Part shown: one piece after another, positions 21,986 through 32,539 of the stretch
How positions within the stretch are numbered: position 1 is the stretch's first letter
How the letters are laid out: every line of letters starts with the position of its first letter
NCBI RefSeq assembly: GCF_001194135.2
Contig: NC_068985.1
Span: 95,957,073 to 95,994,461, forward strand
Direction: 5' to 3'
Source: Octopus bimaculoides
Lineage: Eukaryota
Length of the DNA stretch: 37,389 nucleotides
Notes under the pieces: model-generated
Database searches by the model: none
Seen by the model: the letters and a program-made list of their open reading frames with translations, nothing else
Told to the model about the DNA's origin: nothing
Program-made: the position numbers and the translations under genes

Positions 21986-23074
21986 AGAATATACAAATGG
22001 GGTGGGGGAGCAAAAGTACGTAGACAGTAAGTATCACATCAATTTTATAATACTTAATACCTGATTAAAATTATTGGCACATCAAATTAGTTAGCCTCAT
22101 TTTTGATATTTTCAATGTCATTGATCATAATAATATATTTATCATAACTTATCGTAGCCTTTAAAATTTCTTTTGAGAAAAATAAATGAGTGTTGTACGT
22201 ATTTTCTTCTTCATAACTCTTTACCTACTTATGCACGATCCTGTGTGTGTATGTATATATATATATATATATATNNNNNNNNNNNNNNNNNNNNNNNNNN
22301 NNNNNNNNNNNNNNNNNNNNNNNNNNNNNNNNNNNNNNNNNNNNNNNNNNNNNNNNNNNNNNNNNNNNNNNNNNNNNNNNNNNNNNNNNNNNNNNNNNNN
22401 NNNNNNNNNNNNNNNNNNNNNNNNNNNNNNNNNNNNNNNNNNNNNNNNNNNNNNNNNNNNNNNNNNNNNNNNNNNNNNNNNNNNNNNNNNNNNNNNNNNN
22501 NNNNNNNNNNNNNNNNNNNNNNNNNNNNNNNNNNNNNNNNNNNNNNNNNNNNNNNNNNNNNNNNNNNNNNNNNNNNNNNNNNNNNNNNNNNNNNNNNNNN
22601 NNNNNNNNNNNNNNNNNNNNNNNNNNNNNNNNNNNNNAATCATACTTCTTACTCCCACCGCCACCACCCAGTTTGTTTTTTCTATTAAAAAAAAAATATT
22701 CAACTGTATTTCTTTTTAGTTCGGTGTCAAGTTTCATTTGAAAATACCAGAAACAGATATAACCGAGGATTTTGAAGAGAATTCAGGTTATGATTAACCC
22801 CGTTCTTTTATATGTCAGACACTTGCAGAACATGGAACATGGAACAACTGGGTTATTGTTTGAATTTCTTGAAAGAATCAGAAGTTTACGAGTGCTAAAA
22901 CTTATGATTTATTAGATTGGCGACAGTCAACACTTCCAATTCGCAATGTCTTCTATGTAGTCTTATAAACTTCTGCATTTTCTTATTCGCTTCTATATAG
23001 CTTTATAGTTTTATATTTAAAGCTATTTCTCCCCCACCCCTGTACAATTTTGTAAGTCTGCGTCTACGACAAGG

Positions 23075-23222
23075 CTGAGAGCTGGCAGAATCGTAAGCAG
23101 GCCAGGCAAAATGCTTTACAGCATTTGGTCTGTTGTTACGTTCTGAGTTCAAATTCGACCGAAGTAGGATTTGCCTTTCGTTTTTTGGAGGGGTTGATAA
23201 AATAAGTTCCAGTTGAAGGATT
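23075..23222 (+). mobile_element. SINE family B, 5' part
   Basis: GAGAGCTGGCAGAATCG...GAGTTCAAATTCGACCG...GGGTTGATAAAATAAGT. Confidence 0.8.
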
Positions 23223-23244
23223 TTTGTGGTTTGAGTCACTGCAT

Positions 23245-23432
23245 ACTCTTTTACTTGTTTCAATCATTTGACTGCGGCCATGCTAGAGCACCGCCTTTCG
23301 TCGAGCAAATCGACCCCACGACTTATTCTTTGTAAGCCTAGTACTTATTCTATCGGTCTCTTTTGCCGAACCGCTAAGTTAAGGGGACGTAAACACACCA
23401 GCATCGGTTGTCAAGCGATGTTGGGGGGGGGG
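23245..23432 (-). mobile_element. SINE family A, 3' half, low divergence
   Basis: CTCTTTTACTTGTTTCAATCATTTGACTGCGGCCATGCTAGAGCACCGCC...GCATCGGTTGTCAAGCGATG. Confidence 0.9.
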
Positions 23433-23433
23433 G

Positions 23434-23436
<3 letters not shown>

Positions 23437-23483
<47 letters not shown>
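23437..23483. repeat. (AAT)n microsatellite
   Basis: Seen directly. Confidence 0.95.
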
Positions 23484-23485
<2 letters not shown>

Positions 23486-25178
23486 TCTGTTTCTGCTTCT
23501 CTTACTCTCTGTGTCTTGGCGATCTTTTTTTCTAGACCCATAGTGCACAATATTCCTGTGAAGACTTCAGAGTCAGGATGGCTAATAAAGGTCCTCTTCC
23601 CAACGATGGTTTACGTTCATAACTTGATTAAAAGGTTTTTAACTATATCTTATCATTCACAGCTTCCATATAATCAGATTTCATCTCCCTGGCATTCTGC
23701 TCTAAATTTGTCCCATGATGGTAGAATAGACTCTTTGTATTTCCCATCAGTTCTTTGTTGCACAAGGAGATGTGAAAATTAATCGACTGGAGTGGAAGAA
23801 ATAAACTCCTTCACACACATTTTATTTGCCTTTTTAGCACGTAGTCTTTCTTAAGTCGTATTTTTATCACTTTTCCCACATTTCTCAGCCATCTGCTCTG
23901 TCTATTCGCTATCCATACACTTTTATTGTCAAAAGACAGTGTGGTGGCACTATTGGTTATGGCCGGGGATGGGCTTCATCTCCTTAAAATGAAGATTAGG
24001 CGATCTCTTCAAACTTTTCAAGAGCTGCACCTGGTGGTGCTCAAGGAGCAGCAGCCTCCATTGTAACTTGTTGCTGTTTTTCTCTTTTCCTTTTAGGTTT
24101 TCAAGTTATAAGCCAGGAAACCTTAAAATGGTCTCTATTTTCACATCCATTATCTGTCTGGACTTTCTGTCCTGAATGACTAATCATAAAACCAGACCTT
24201 TCATACAGTAACTACTATGTATTCACAGCTATGGAATCCAAGTAGCTGTCTCATGGGATGAAGAAGATATATATGCCCATAAAGACATACCACATACTGC
24301 CATACCGGTGCTGTCTACTTGTCCATAATGTGCTACTGAAGTGATCAAAAGTTGTGAGTCAGTATCGTTACCAATGTCATTTCCAGTGAGCTTTATAGTT
24401 TCTGGAACCCAAAGCCTATGGGAATAGTCTATGGGCAAATGTGGACGCACTGAGTTTGTTAATTTACGCCATTCACAGTTTTAAAAACTTAACATAGTGT
24501 GATATATGCTCTGCTTTGCTCAGTGTAGGAGATATCTCTTCACACATCAGTTAGAGTTGCTTCTGATTATTCTAGAGAATGCTAGAAAAGCTTTTGTAGC
24601 TGTGGGCAATACAGAGATGAATTATTTTCCTTTCCTCTCACCCCACATTGGCTTCGGGTAGAAAAGTACTTGTTTCTGTAACATAATGCTGTCATGCAGC
24701 CTTTCGTTTAAATGTCCATATTCAAAACTAGTTTATTGACTTTACAGCTCCAAAATTCCTATCATTATTACATTTGACAAAGCTGTGTGTGTGTACGTGC
24801 ACGTGTGTGAGAGTGTGTGTGCATGTGCATGTGTGCATGAATGGATGAATAATGTTTCTGTTGTTTTTACCAAACATATTGCTAGAACTGCTCTCAACAA
24901 TAATTATTCTGCATAGAAATGTCAATAGTTTCTCTTTCCAAAATGCATGGACTTAGCAGCAGAATGTTTGTTTGTTTCTTGCTTTGGTATTTACAATCCG
25001 TGGAAACAAGTTCACCTTTAATATGATTGTTTTGATGGGCGTTCTGTGTCACTATTTCATGCATGTATGTAAACAAGATAGAAAAAGTTAATGTTGTTCA
25101 ACGAGAAACATTTTTGTTTCTTTCCGCCTGGGTTTTGCTTAAATACTCCCTGTGCGAAAGTAATAATAATAACTATAG

Positions 25179-25613
25179 TTGTTGGATCAGGTAATGAAGG
25201 TCACGGAGAGGGTCATAGCCCAACTAATTAGGGAGAGAGTCTGCTTAGATGAGATGCAGTTTGGGTTCGTGCCAGGGAAAAGCACCACTGATACTATATT
25301 TCTGGTAAGACAGCTGCAGGAGAAATACCTAGCCAAAGATAAACCTCTGTACCTGGCTTTTGTCGACATGGAGAAAGCCTTTGACAGGGTCCCCCGATCC
25401 CTTATCTGGTGGTCAATGAGGAAACTAGGGATAGATGAATGGTTAGTGAGAGCTGTGTGAGCCATGTACAGGGACACTGTAAGGTGAGGGTTGACAACGA
25501 GTACAGTGAAGAATTCCAGGTAGAGGTAGGGGGTCCACCAAGGTTCAGTCCTCATCCCCCTCCTATTTATCATAGTCCTCCAGGCAATAACAGAGGAATT
25601 CAAGACAGGATGT
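25179..25613 (+). pseudogene. RTE-clade LINE reverse transcriptase fragment
   Basis: LLDQVMKVTERVIAQLIRERVCLDEMQFGFVPGKSTTDTIFLVRQLQEKYLAKDKPLYLAFVDMEKAFDRVPRSLIWWSMRKLG; after a stop and frameshifts, KVRVDNEYSEEF and GVHQGSVLIPLLFIIVLQAITEEFKTGC. Breaks just before the YADD motif. Confidence 0.93.
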
Positions 25614-25614
25614 T

Positions 25615-25756
25615 CACTGGTACTTAATTTATCGACCCCGGAAAGATGAAAGGCAAAAATCAACCTCAGTAGAATTTGAACTCAGAACACAAAGACTCAT
25701 GAAATGCCGTTAGGCATTTTGCCTGGTATGCTAACGATTCTGCCAGCTCACCACGT
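25615..25756 (-). mobile_element. SINE family B, 5' part
   Basis: ACTGGTACTTAATTTATCGACCCCGG...GATTCTGCCAGCTCACCAC; abuts the RT fragment. Confidence 0.85.
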
Positions 25757-25954
25757 TCATATAGTAATAATAACAATGATGATGATGATGGACTCAGCTT
25801 TTGCTGACCAACCTGCATAAATGATTGGTTTATAGTGGTCAAATGTATGGTACATACGTTAACTCACCCCCTTCACCTGATCAACGTTGCCTGAACAGGC
25901 CTCAGTATTTGACTGGTACATTATTTTTATGGAACCCCATGAAAGGATAAAAGA

Positions 25955-26180
25955 GAGCTGGCAGAAACGTTAGCAAGCCGGGCGAAATGCTTAGCGGTAT
26001 TTCGTCTGCCGTTACGTTCTGAGTTCAAATTCCGCCGAGGTCGACTTTGCCTTTCATCCTTTCGGGGTCGATAAATTAAGTACCAGTTACGTACTGGGGT
26101 CGATATAAACGACTTAATCCCTTTGTCTGTCCTTGTTTGTCCCCTCTATGTTTAGCCACTTGTGGGCAATAAAGAAATAA
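25955..26180 (+). mobile_element. SINE family B, young, near full length
   Basis: GAGCTGGCAGAAACGTTAGC...GAGTTCAAATTCCGCCGAGGTCGACTTTGCCTTTCATCCTTTCGGGGTCGATAAATTAAGTACCAG...GTGGGCAATAAAGAAATAAG. Confidence 0.92.
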
Positions 26181-26183
26181 GGA

Positions 26184-26293
26184 TAAAAGGGAAAAGTGAC
26201 TTAGACAGAATTTGAACTCCGAATGTAAAGAGTTAAAAAAGAAAGGCTGTTAAACACTTTTGTCCTACAAGCTAACGATTCGTCTTGCTCACC
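26184..26293 (-). mobile_element. SINE family B, decayed head
   Basis: GGATAAAAGGGAAAAGTGAC...GAATTTGAACTC...GCTAACGATTC. Confidence 0.65.
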
Positions 26294-26329
26294 ACCAAAA
26301 TATGGGCAAAAGATATTTGGATATATGAT

Positions 26330-27025
26330 GTAATACTTTGTGATTTTCCAGTTAGCACAGATGTAACAATTCAAGCAAACAGACCAAATGTCAGCCGCAA
26401 GGACATGGAATATAAAAAGCTGCATATTAAGTGATACTAGTGTTTTGCAACAAGATAAAACGTATCAGTGAAAGAATTTTACATATGCTAACCAAGTGCA
26501 AAGAATTAGAGATAAAGACTAAAAGATTTAGGACATCATCATCATCACCATCATTATTATTATCGTCATTTAACGTATGTTTTCCATGTTGGCATGGATA
26601 GGATGGTTTAATATTAATTGCTTAGCCAGAGGGCTGCACTAAATTCCATTGACTGCTTTGGTATAGCTTCTGTGGCTGGATGCTCTTCTTAACACCAACT
26701 GCTTTATAGACTGTACAGGGTGTTGCTTATGTAGCATTAGCACTAACCATATAACTTGCAACACATCGGGGTGGGAAGGTTGTATTGAGAGAGGTGGATC
26801 TATAACAGATGAAGTTAGCACAGTTAATGTATGATAGGAGGACAATTCCTGTGGCAGGGAAGATATGGAGTAGCCATCATAGGGACCTTATGTATGAAAT
26901 GAAAGCAAAAATGAATATGGGAAACATCATAGCAACATCCCAGGAGAACCATCTCTCATAGAAGTTTATAAAAATAGTATTGACTTTCCACTGCACACAT
27001 GCTACAAAGAACCTTCTCATTTTAA
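26330..27025 (+). pseudogene. Second RLE-domain relic (R4/Dong-like), C-terminus split by an insertion
   Basis: 26330-26532: VILCDFPVSTDVTIQANRPN / KSCILSDTSV..QDK / NVSVKEF / LTKCKELEIKTKRF. 26870-27025: VAIIGTL / NIPGEPSLIEV / IVLT / STAHMLQRTFSF*, the usual ORF end of these elements. An older LINE-tail copy lies between the two parts. Confidence 0.75.
26535..26770 (-). mobile_element. Old, diverged LINE 3' end with (GAT)n tail
   Basis: (CAT)n...CATTTAACGTATGTTTTCCATGTTGGCATGG...GCTGGATGCTCTTCTTAACACCAAC; decayed version of the copy at 36076. Confidence 0.7.
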
Positions 27026-27057
27026 ACATGAGTTACAAAGTGCTTGGAAATTAATTG

Positions 27058-27260
27058 CTTCTAATTTAGGCACAAAACCAGCAATTTTGACTGGGGTGGG
27101 GGTCAGTCAATTAGGTCAACTCCAATACAAAATTGCTAAATCAGCATCTTATTCTATCGACCCTGGGGGGATAGAAGTTAACTTTGGCAGAATTTGAATT
27201 CAAAACTAATACAGCAAAGTATGTTTTCTAATGTTGTAACAATTCTGCTGACTCATTGCC
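27058..27260 (-). mobile_element. Degenerate SINE family B
   Basis: TTTAGGCACAAAACCAGCAATTTT...TATTCTATCGACCC...GGCAGAATTTGAATTC. Confidence 0.65.
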
Positions 27261-27574
27261 TCAGATTACCTCTAAATTACTGCCAAATGCCTTAAAAGGA
27301 ATATCACACTAAAAAGCATATCACAGTAATTCCTTACTTAATTTAAATCATATTTTATATACCTTTATACTTCATGCATATTCAACACTAAGATACGTAT
27401 ACGTATGATGTATATGATGTACAAAGCAAATATTTCTTCCAGTAAAAAATGTGAATTTCTATGGCACCTCTTACGCAGGTAGCAGAAAGTAGCAACTCGT
27501 TTAGTTACCTTCTGTGGTCCCACACCACTGATAACAGCTTGGCAAGCAATTATATAAATCCCATGAAAGAAATA

Positions 27575-27890
27575 ATGGTTATAACAGTGACGGTGGGGGT
27601 TGATGGTAGTGGTGATGATTATGATGATGATGAGGAGGAGGAGGAGGAAGAGGAAACAGACTACAACGACAATAATAATGATTATCATGACGATGACGAC
27701 AATGATGAAGATGACGATGAGGAGGAGGAGAAAGTGGACTATGACAATGAGGATAATGATTGTCATGATGACGACGATGATGATGATCATCATCATGATC
27801 ATCATGATGATCATCATGATGGTGGTGGTGGTGGTGGTAGTGATGATGATAGTTGTGGTGGTGGTGTTGGTGGTGGAAGCAATGATAAGG
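27575..27890. repeat. Mosaic trinucleotide low-complexity tract (GAT/GAC/GAG/CAT/GGT)
   Basis: Seen directly; produces open homopolymer frames on both strands. Confidence 0.9.
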
Positions 27891-28183
27891 ATTTCTTCTG
27901 GCAATCCCTATTTTTGACACAAGGAACAAAAGTTAATTAAACATAATCATAACATTTCCATTGGAGTTTATTTTACTTATTCCTGGAAAAATGGGGAAAA
28001 AAAAGTAGAAAAGTAAAACGATTGACCTTGGATGCATTTGAACTCAGAGCATTTATAAATATGGTATCGGGACAAAATCCCCAATGAGGACAAAATCCCC
28101 CCACTTCTCAACAAATTTTACTCAAAAACATCAAAAATAAATATAAAAATTTTTTTTTATAAAATTTCACTTCCCTAAAATAT

Positions 28184-28266
28184 TTGGTCGGCCTGAGGCT
28201 ATAGTGGGATTGGACCTGGAACCATGTGATTGGTAAGTAAGCTATGTACCACACAGTCACTCCAGT
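28184..28266 (-). mobile_element. SINE family A head fragment
   Basis: TTGGTCGGCCTGAGGCTATAG...GGAACCATGTGATTGGTAAGTAAGCTATGTACCACACAGTCACTCC. Confidence 0.75.
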
Positions 28267-28649
28267 GCCTATTATAATAATATAGTGATATATTGTGGTC
28301 GTGGTGGGGTGGACAATAATAATTGTGATGACTATTATAATGTTATACAGAACATTATTATAATAAAACAGTGATGTAGTGTAGGTTATGAAACAGGATA
28401 TGTTGAACAGTGTTGTATTGTGAGAGTTTAACCCTTGTGACAGTAATTTTCCTTCAGCAGCCACTGATTTTGTGATATAAATCGACCCATTTAAAAATAT
28501 TCCATTTGTAATAACGAGTGTGGGAAACTATAGTTGTGTTCCAAATACTTGTTTGATTATGAAAAGTTTCGATACTTTGTAAAGCCTCCCAAATTCTTGT
28601 TATTTCATTTTTGTTATTTTCTTGCTACTCCATCCCTGTGAGAACCATT

Positions 28650-29173
28650 ACACTTGCCAGCTATTCTTCATTCATTAATATTGTCCCCTTCACCCATATG
28701 TTACATTGATCACTCCACCCTGCCAACCACCGAATTATCACTCCTCTTGCACTGCGCCTGCCTGTCTCTTACACCTCCACTCATGGAGCCTACTCAAGCA
28801 TGCCTTGTCTCTCTTTTGTCCTCCCCACTCTATCAACTGTATCATCATTACTACCTGGCTGTTCTCCCCTGCTATCCCTCTACCTTCCCCAACTCATACA
28901 TCATTAGTCATACTCACCCCTTTTCCATCACTCCCTACATCCATCTGTCAATCCTAAGCAAACTTTATAGTTGTAGTCTACCTCCCCTTTCCTTTCTGCC
29001 CCTTTCCCTTCCTTTCTCCCCCATCTCTTTCTCCCTATACATACTTGCAATCCCCTTACCCTCAGACTGAAGCCTGGTGCAGCCATCTGGTTCACCAGTC
29101 CTCAGTCAAATCGTCCAACCCATGCTAGCATGGAAAGCGGACGTTAAACGATGATGATGATGATGATGATGAT
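28650..29173 (+). mobile_element. LINE 3' end: pyrimidine-rich UTR-like segment plus conserved terminus and (GAT)n tail
   Basis: 29064-29173 (AGACTGAAGCCTGGTGCAGCC...CCAACCCATGCTAGCATGGAAAGCGGACGTTAAACG(ATG)n) closely matches the ends at 36076 and 37076. The upstream CT-rich 400 bp joins it without a break; including it in the element is inference. Confidence 0.7.
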
Positions 29174-29203
29174 ACCCATATGTATATATATTATATACAC
29201 AAG

Positions 29204-29330
29204 AGGCTTCTTTCAGTTTTCATCAACAAAAATTCACTTTTGTTGCCTGAGGGCTCAAGGTGCCGCATTGCAGGACTGAACCACCGAACTTGAAGCCATA
29301 CAGTTAAAATGTGAGCTTCTTAAGCACAGT
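29204..29330 (-). mobile_element. Degenerate SINE family A head
   Basis: GGCTTCTTTCAGTTTT...CAAGGTGCCGCATTGCAGGACTGAACC. Confidence 0.6.
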
Positions 29331-29676
29331 CGCCCATTAATTATATATTATCACAATTTTAGTAAGCATCACAACTTGTTTTGCCTCCATTCATTCTTCA
29401 TAGCTCCACCCTCTTATAAAAAAAACTCTGAATTCGTATATGTAGCTCGGTTGTACACCCAGCAATATTCCAACTGGTATAGGCCAGAAAAATGCAAAGA
29501 GAATTTATAAAATGCAACACGTTAGTGATAAATAAGCAGAGAAAGAGCTTCTTTTCTTTTTTTTTTTATTAAAGTGTTATATTGTCACTTTGTGAAATAT
29601 GCAGTAGACACCTAACATTCTTTGAATATATATCAACTTGGATGGAATTTACAAATATTATTATTTATATTAGGTT

Positions 29677-29727
29677 AAGGTGGTGAGCTGGCAGAATCGT
29701 TAGCACGCCAGGCAAAATGCTTAGCAG
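29677..29727 (+). mobile_element. SINE family B head fragment
   Basis: AAGGTGGTGAGCTGGCAGAATCGTTAGCACGCCAGGCAAAATGCTTAGC. Confidence 0.8.
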
Positions 29728-30113
29728 ATTTCAATGAAATTTTTTGCAGTTGTTATTTAGCTCAAAATAATGGTATCTGTGAATTTTCAGGCAATTTCAT
29801 TCACTAGAAAAATTTCAGCACAAATGGGTTAAGAAGAAAGGCAGCACAGACGGCCCTTTTAAAGGGCCTCCAGGATTCCCAAGAGAGTGAGAGGAAAGTA
29901 TCCACAAACCAGAGACTTGACCTGAATGCTTTCAATGAAGTGGGCTCTGTTAAATACACCCAAATTGCAAAGTACAGGTGTTTTATGAGTGATGTCTTGT
30001 ATGATGGCTTTGTGTTTTAACACAACATCCACTTTTAAGTGAAGATAAATATTTACCTTTTGGTATTAATGATGCTTTTGTTGTTCTTAATTATTTAGTA
30101 AAACTCTGTCCAC

Positions 30114-30330
30114 ACCTTTAGCACTCAGATTGCTCTGTCAAATATAATGCTTATTTATTTACATTGTTTTGAATTAATCTCATTATCTCAAAGCTTTGAG
30201 ATTTTGATGGTGTGATTGTAGGGTTGGTGTGATTGTAGGGTAGGTGTGAAAGACCAGATCTAGTGGCCAGTTTGAACATAAAACCAGTGGAATATTTGGG
30301 CTGGATATGGTCGGCTTAAATGCTAAAGGG
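30114..30330. mobile_element. MITE with CCTTTAGCA/TGCTAAAGG terminal inverted repeats (piggyBac-like ends)
   Basis: 9-bp perfect TIR at 30115-30123 and 30321-30329; internal 17-bp tandem duplication GGTGTGATTGTAGGGT(T/A). TTAA flanks are not preserved, so the superfamily is inferred. Confidence 0.55.
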
Positions 30331-30592
30331 CTTGTCACTTACACCAGTCATCAACATGCTCTGTTTCATTATCCAATTTTAACAGCTGCTTTATGAACCA
30401 ATAATGGAATCTCTACATGATCTCTAATTCTATTAGAAATAGAAACTAAATCACCCTTAAATCATATTCCACTACATTACAAAGGAAGAATACATTGAAT
30501 ATTGTTGTATCTTGGGAGGTTCACAATGCCAATAATAAGCACATGCACCGGTTCTATCTCACTTCTTTATTATTTATATGCCAATTGGTTAA

Positions 30593-30735
30593 CAGGTGTG
30601 ACTGTGTGGTAAGAAGCTTGCTCTCCAGCCACATGGTTCCGGGATCAGTGTCTTCTACTATAGCCTCAGACCAACCAAAGCCTTATGAGTGAATTTGGTA
30701 AGTAGAAACTGTGTGTGTGTATGTGTGTGCATGTG
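30593..30735 (+). mobile_element. Degenerate SINE family A (deleted)
   Basis: GTGACTGTGTGGTAAGAAGCTTG...GGTTCCGGG...TCTTCTACTATAGCCTCAGACC. Confidence 0.75.
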
Positions 30736-31434
30736 TTTGAAGGCCTCTGGAGTAAAATCCCTTACTGAGAAACAGATAAGGGTTGGGGACAGGAAGAACA
30801 TCCAGCCGCAAAATCCTACTTCAAATAACTCCCTGTCGAGACTCATGTTAGCATGGGGAGAAACAGACAGAAGTCAAATTAATAAACTAAGAAATACAAA
30901 TCGTTGAGAAGGAATTGTATCTCCTGTCATAGTAGCCTTTCGAAAATCGTGTAATACCAATATGAGCCTATAATTTTCTGGTTCAAATTGAAGTTGATCC
31001 TCTGAACCTTTCTTCCATGGTGACAGAAAAAAAGAAACACCTGAATGATAGGAAATGATGAAACAGAACCAGAGGTTGAATAGCTGTTAATGAATGACAT
31101 ATCTGAAGGGGAAGTAGAAAAAAGGGAGTCGAATGTATAACATTATATGGGATAGGTTATTTGAATGAGGTTAATGACTATTTTGTAGTAACTAATTTAT
31201 AATGAATAAATATTCCACCCATATATCATGTGATCAGCAGACATTAATTGAATTTAGACAAGTATTGATTGAATGAATTGATTACCTATAATCAATATTG
31301 GCTAATATTGATCATAAATAACTAAGCTATATTTATTCAATGTCATGACTTTCTGAGGTGACTGGGTACCAGACAAACGTAATAAAAGTGAACCAATGAA
31401 AAAGGAGAAATTGCAGCTGCATCTACCTAGAATA

Positions 31435-31733
31435 GTAGAGGCACATGGATTAGTAGTTAGAGCAGTGGACTCGTGGTCGAGGGATCGCGGGTTCGAGTCT
31501 CAGACCGGGTGATGTGTGTGTTTATGAGTGAAACACCTAAGCTCCACACAGCTCCGGTAGAAAGAAATGGTGAACTTTTGCTGACTTTCACCACAACCTT
31601 CTCTCACTCTTTCCCGCATCTAGCAGCTCACCTGCGACCGACCGACATCCCATCCAGATGGGGAACCTATACGCTAATGAAACCAGGAAATAGGCCCTTA
31701 TGAGCCAGGCATGGCTCGAGAAGGAACAAACAA
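31435..31733 (+). mobile_element. tRNA-derived SINE, family D, full length with 12-bp TSD
   Basis: A box GGATTAGTAGTTAG, B box GGGTTCGAGTCTC, tail GGAACAAACAA; flanked by CTACCTAGAATA at 31423-31434 and 31734-31745. Confidence 0.9.
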
Positions 31734-31755
31734 CTACCTAGAATAACATTCTCAT

Positions 31756-31766
31756 CATTATTATTA

Positions 31767-31825
<59 letters not shown>
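31756..31825. repeat. (ATT)n microsatellite
   Basis: Seen directly. Confidence 0.95.
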
Positions 31826-31830
<5 letters not shown>

Positions 31831-31844
31831 TTTTTATTATTATT

Positions 31845-32058
31845 AAGGTGGTGAGCTGGCAGAATGGTTAGTACATCAAGTGAAATGCTAAGCAGTATTT
31901 CGTCTACCACTACATTCTAGGTTCAAATTCTGTCTCGGTCAACTTCGCCTTTCATCCTTTCGGGGTCGATGAAATAAGCACCAGTTACACATAGGGGTCA
32001 ATGTAATCAACTAATCCTCAACCCTCGAATTTTAGGCCTTGTGCTTCCAGTAAAAAGG

Positions 32059-32102
<44 letters not shown>

Positions 32103-32539
32103 GGCAGTGAGCTGACAGAGTGGTTAGCATGCCAGGTGAAATGCTTAGCAAGGCGGTGAGCTGGCAGAACCGTTAGCACGCCGGGCGAAATGCTTAACGG
32201 TATTTTGTCTGCCGTTACGTTGTGAGTTCAAATTCCGCCGAGGTCCACTTTGCCTTTCATCCTTTCGGGGTCGATAAATTAAGTACCAGTTACGCACTGG
32301 GGTCGATGTAATCGACTTAATCCCTTTGTCTGTCTTTGTCCCCTCTGTGTTTAGCCCCTTGTGGGCAATAAAGAAATAAGTATTCTGTCTGCTGCTATGC
32401 TTCAAGTTCAAATTCCGCTGAAGTTGACCTTGCCTTTTATCCTTTCGGGGTCGATGAAATAAGTACCAGGTATGCACTGGGGTCAATATAAATGACTTAA
32501 TGTCCTCTCCTAAGCTGCGCTTGTGGCAAAATTTGAAAT
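31845..32539 (+). mobile_element. Head-to-tail cluster of four SINE family B units
   Basis: Units at ~31845-32059, 32101-32149 (head only), 32150-32380 (young) and 32381-32539 (3' part), with (ATT)n tracts around and between some of them. Confidence 0.88.

Noticed and set aside
24077-24100. Strong-looking splice acceptor TTTTTCTCTTTTCCTTTTAG
   Set aside because: It is the reverse complement of a K/R/E-rich stretch in the decayed relic, and the best downstream frame closes after about 25 codons with no clear donor.
29852-29868. Palindrome GGCCCTTTTAAAGGGCC
   Set aside because: Isolated 8-bp arms with no supporting context.
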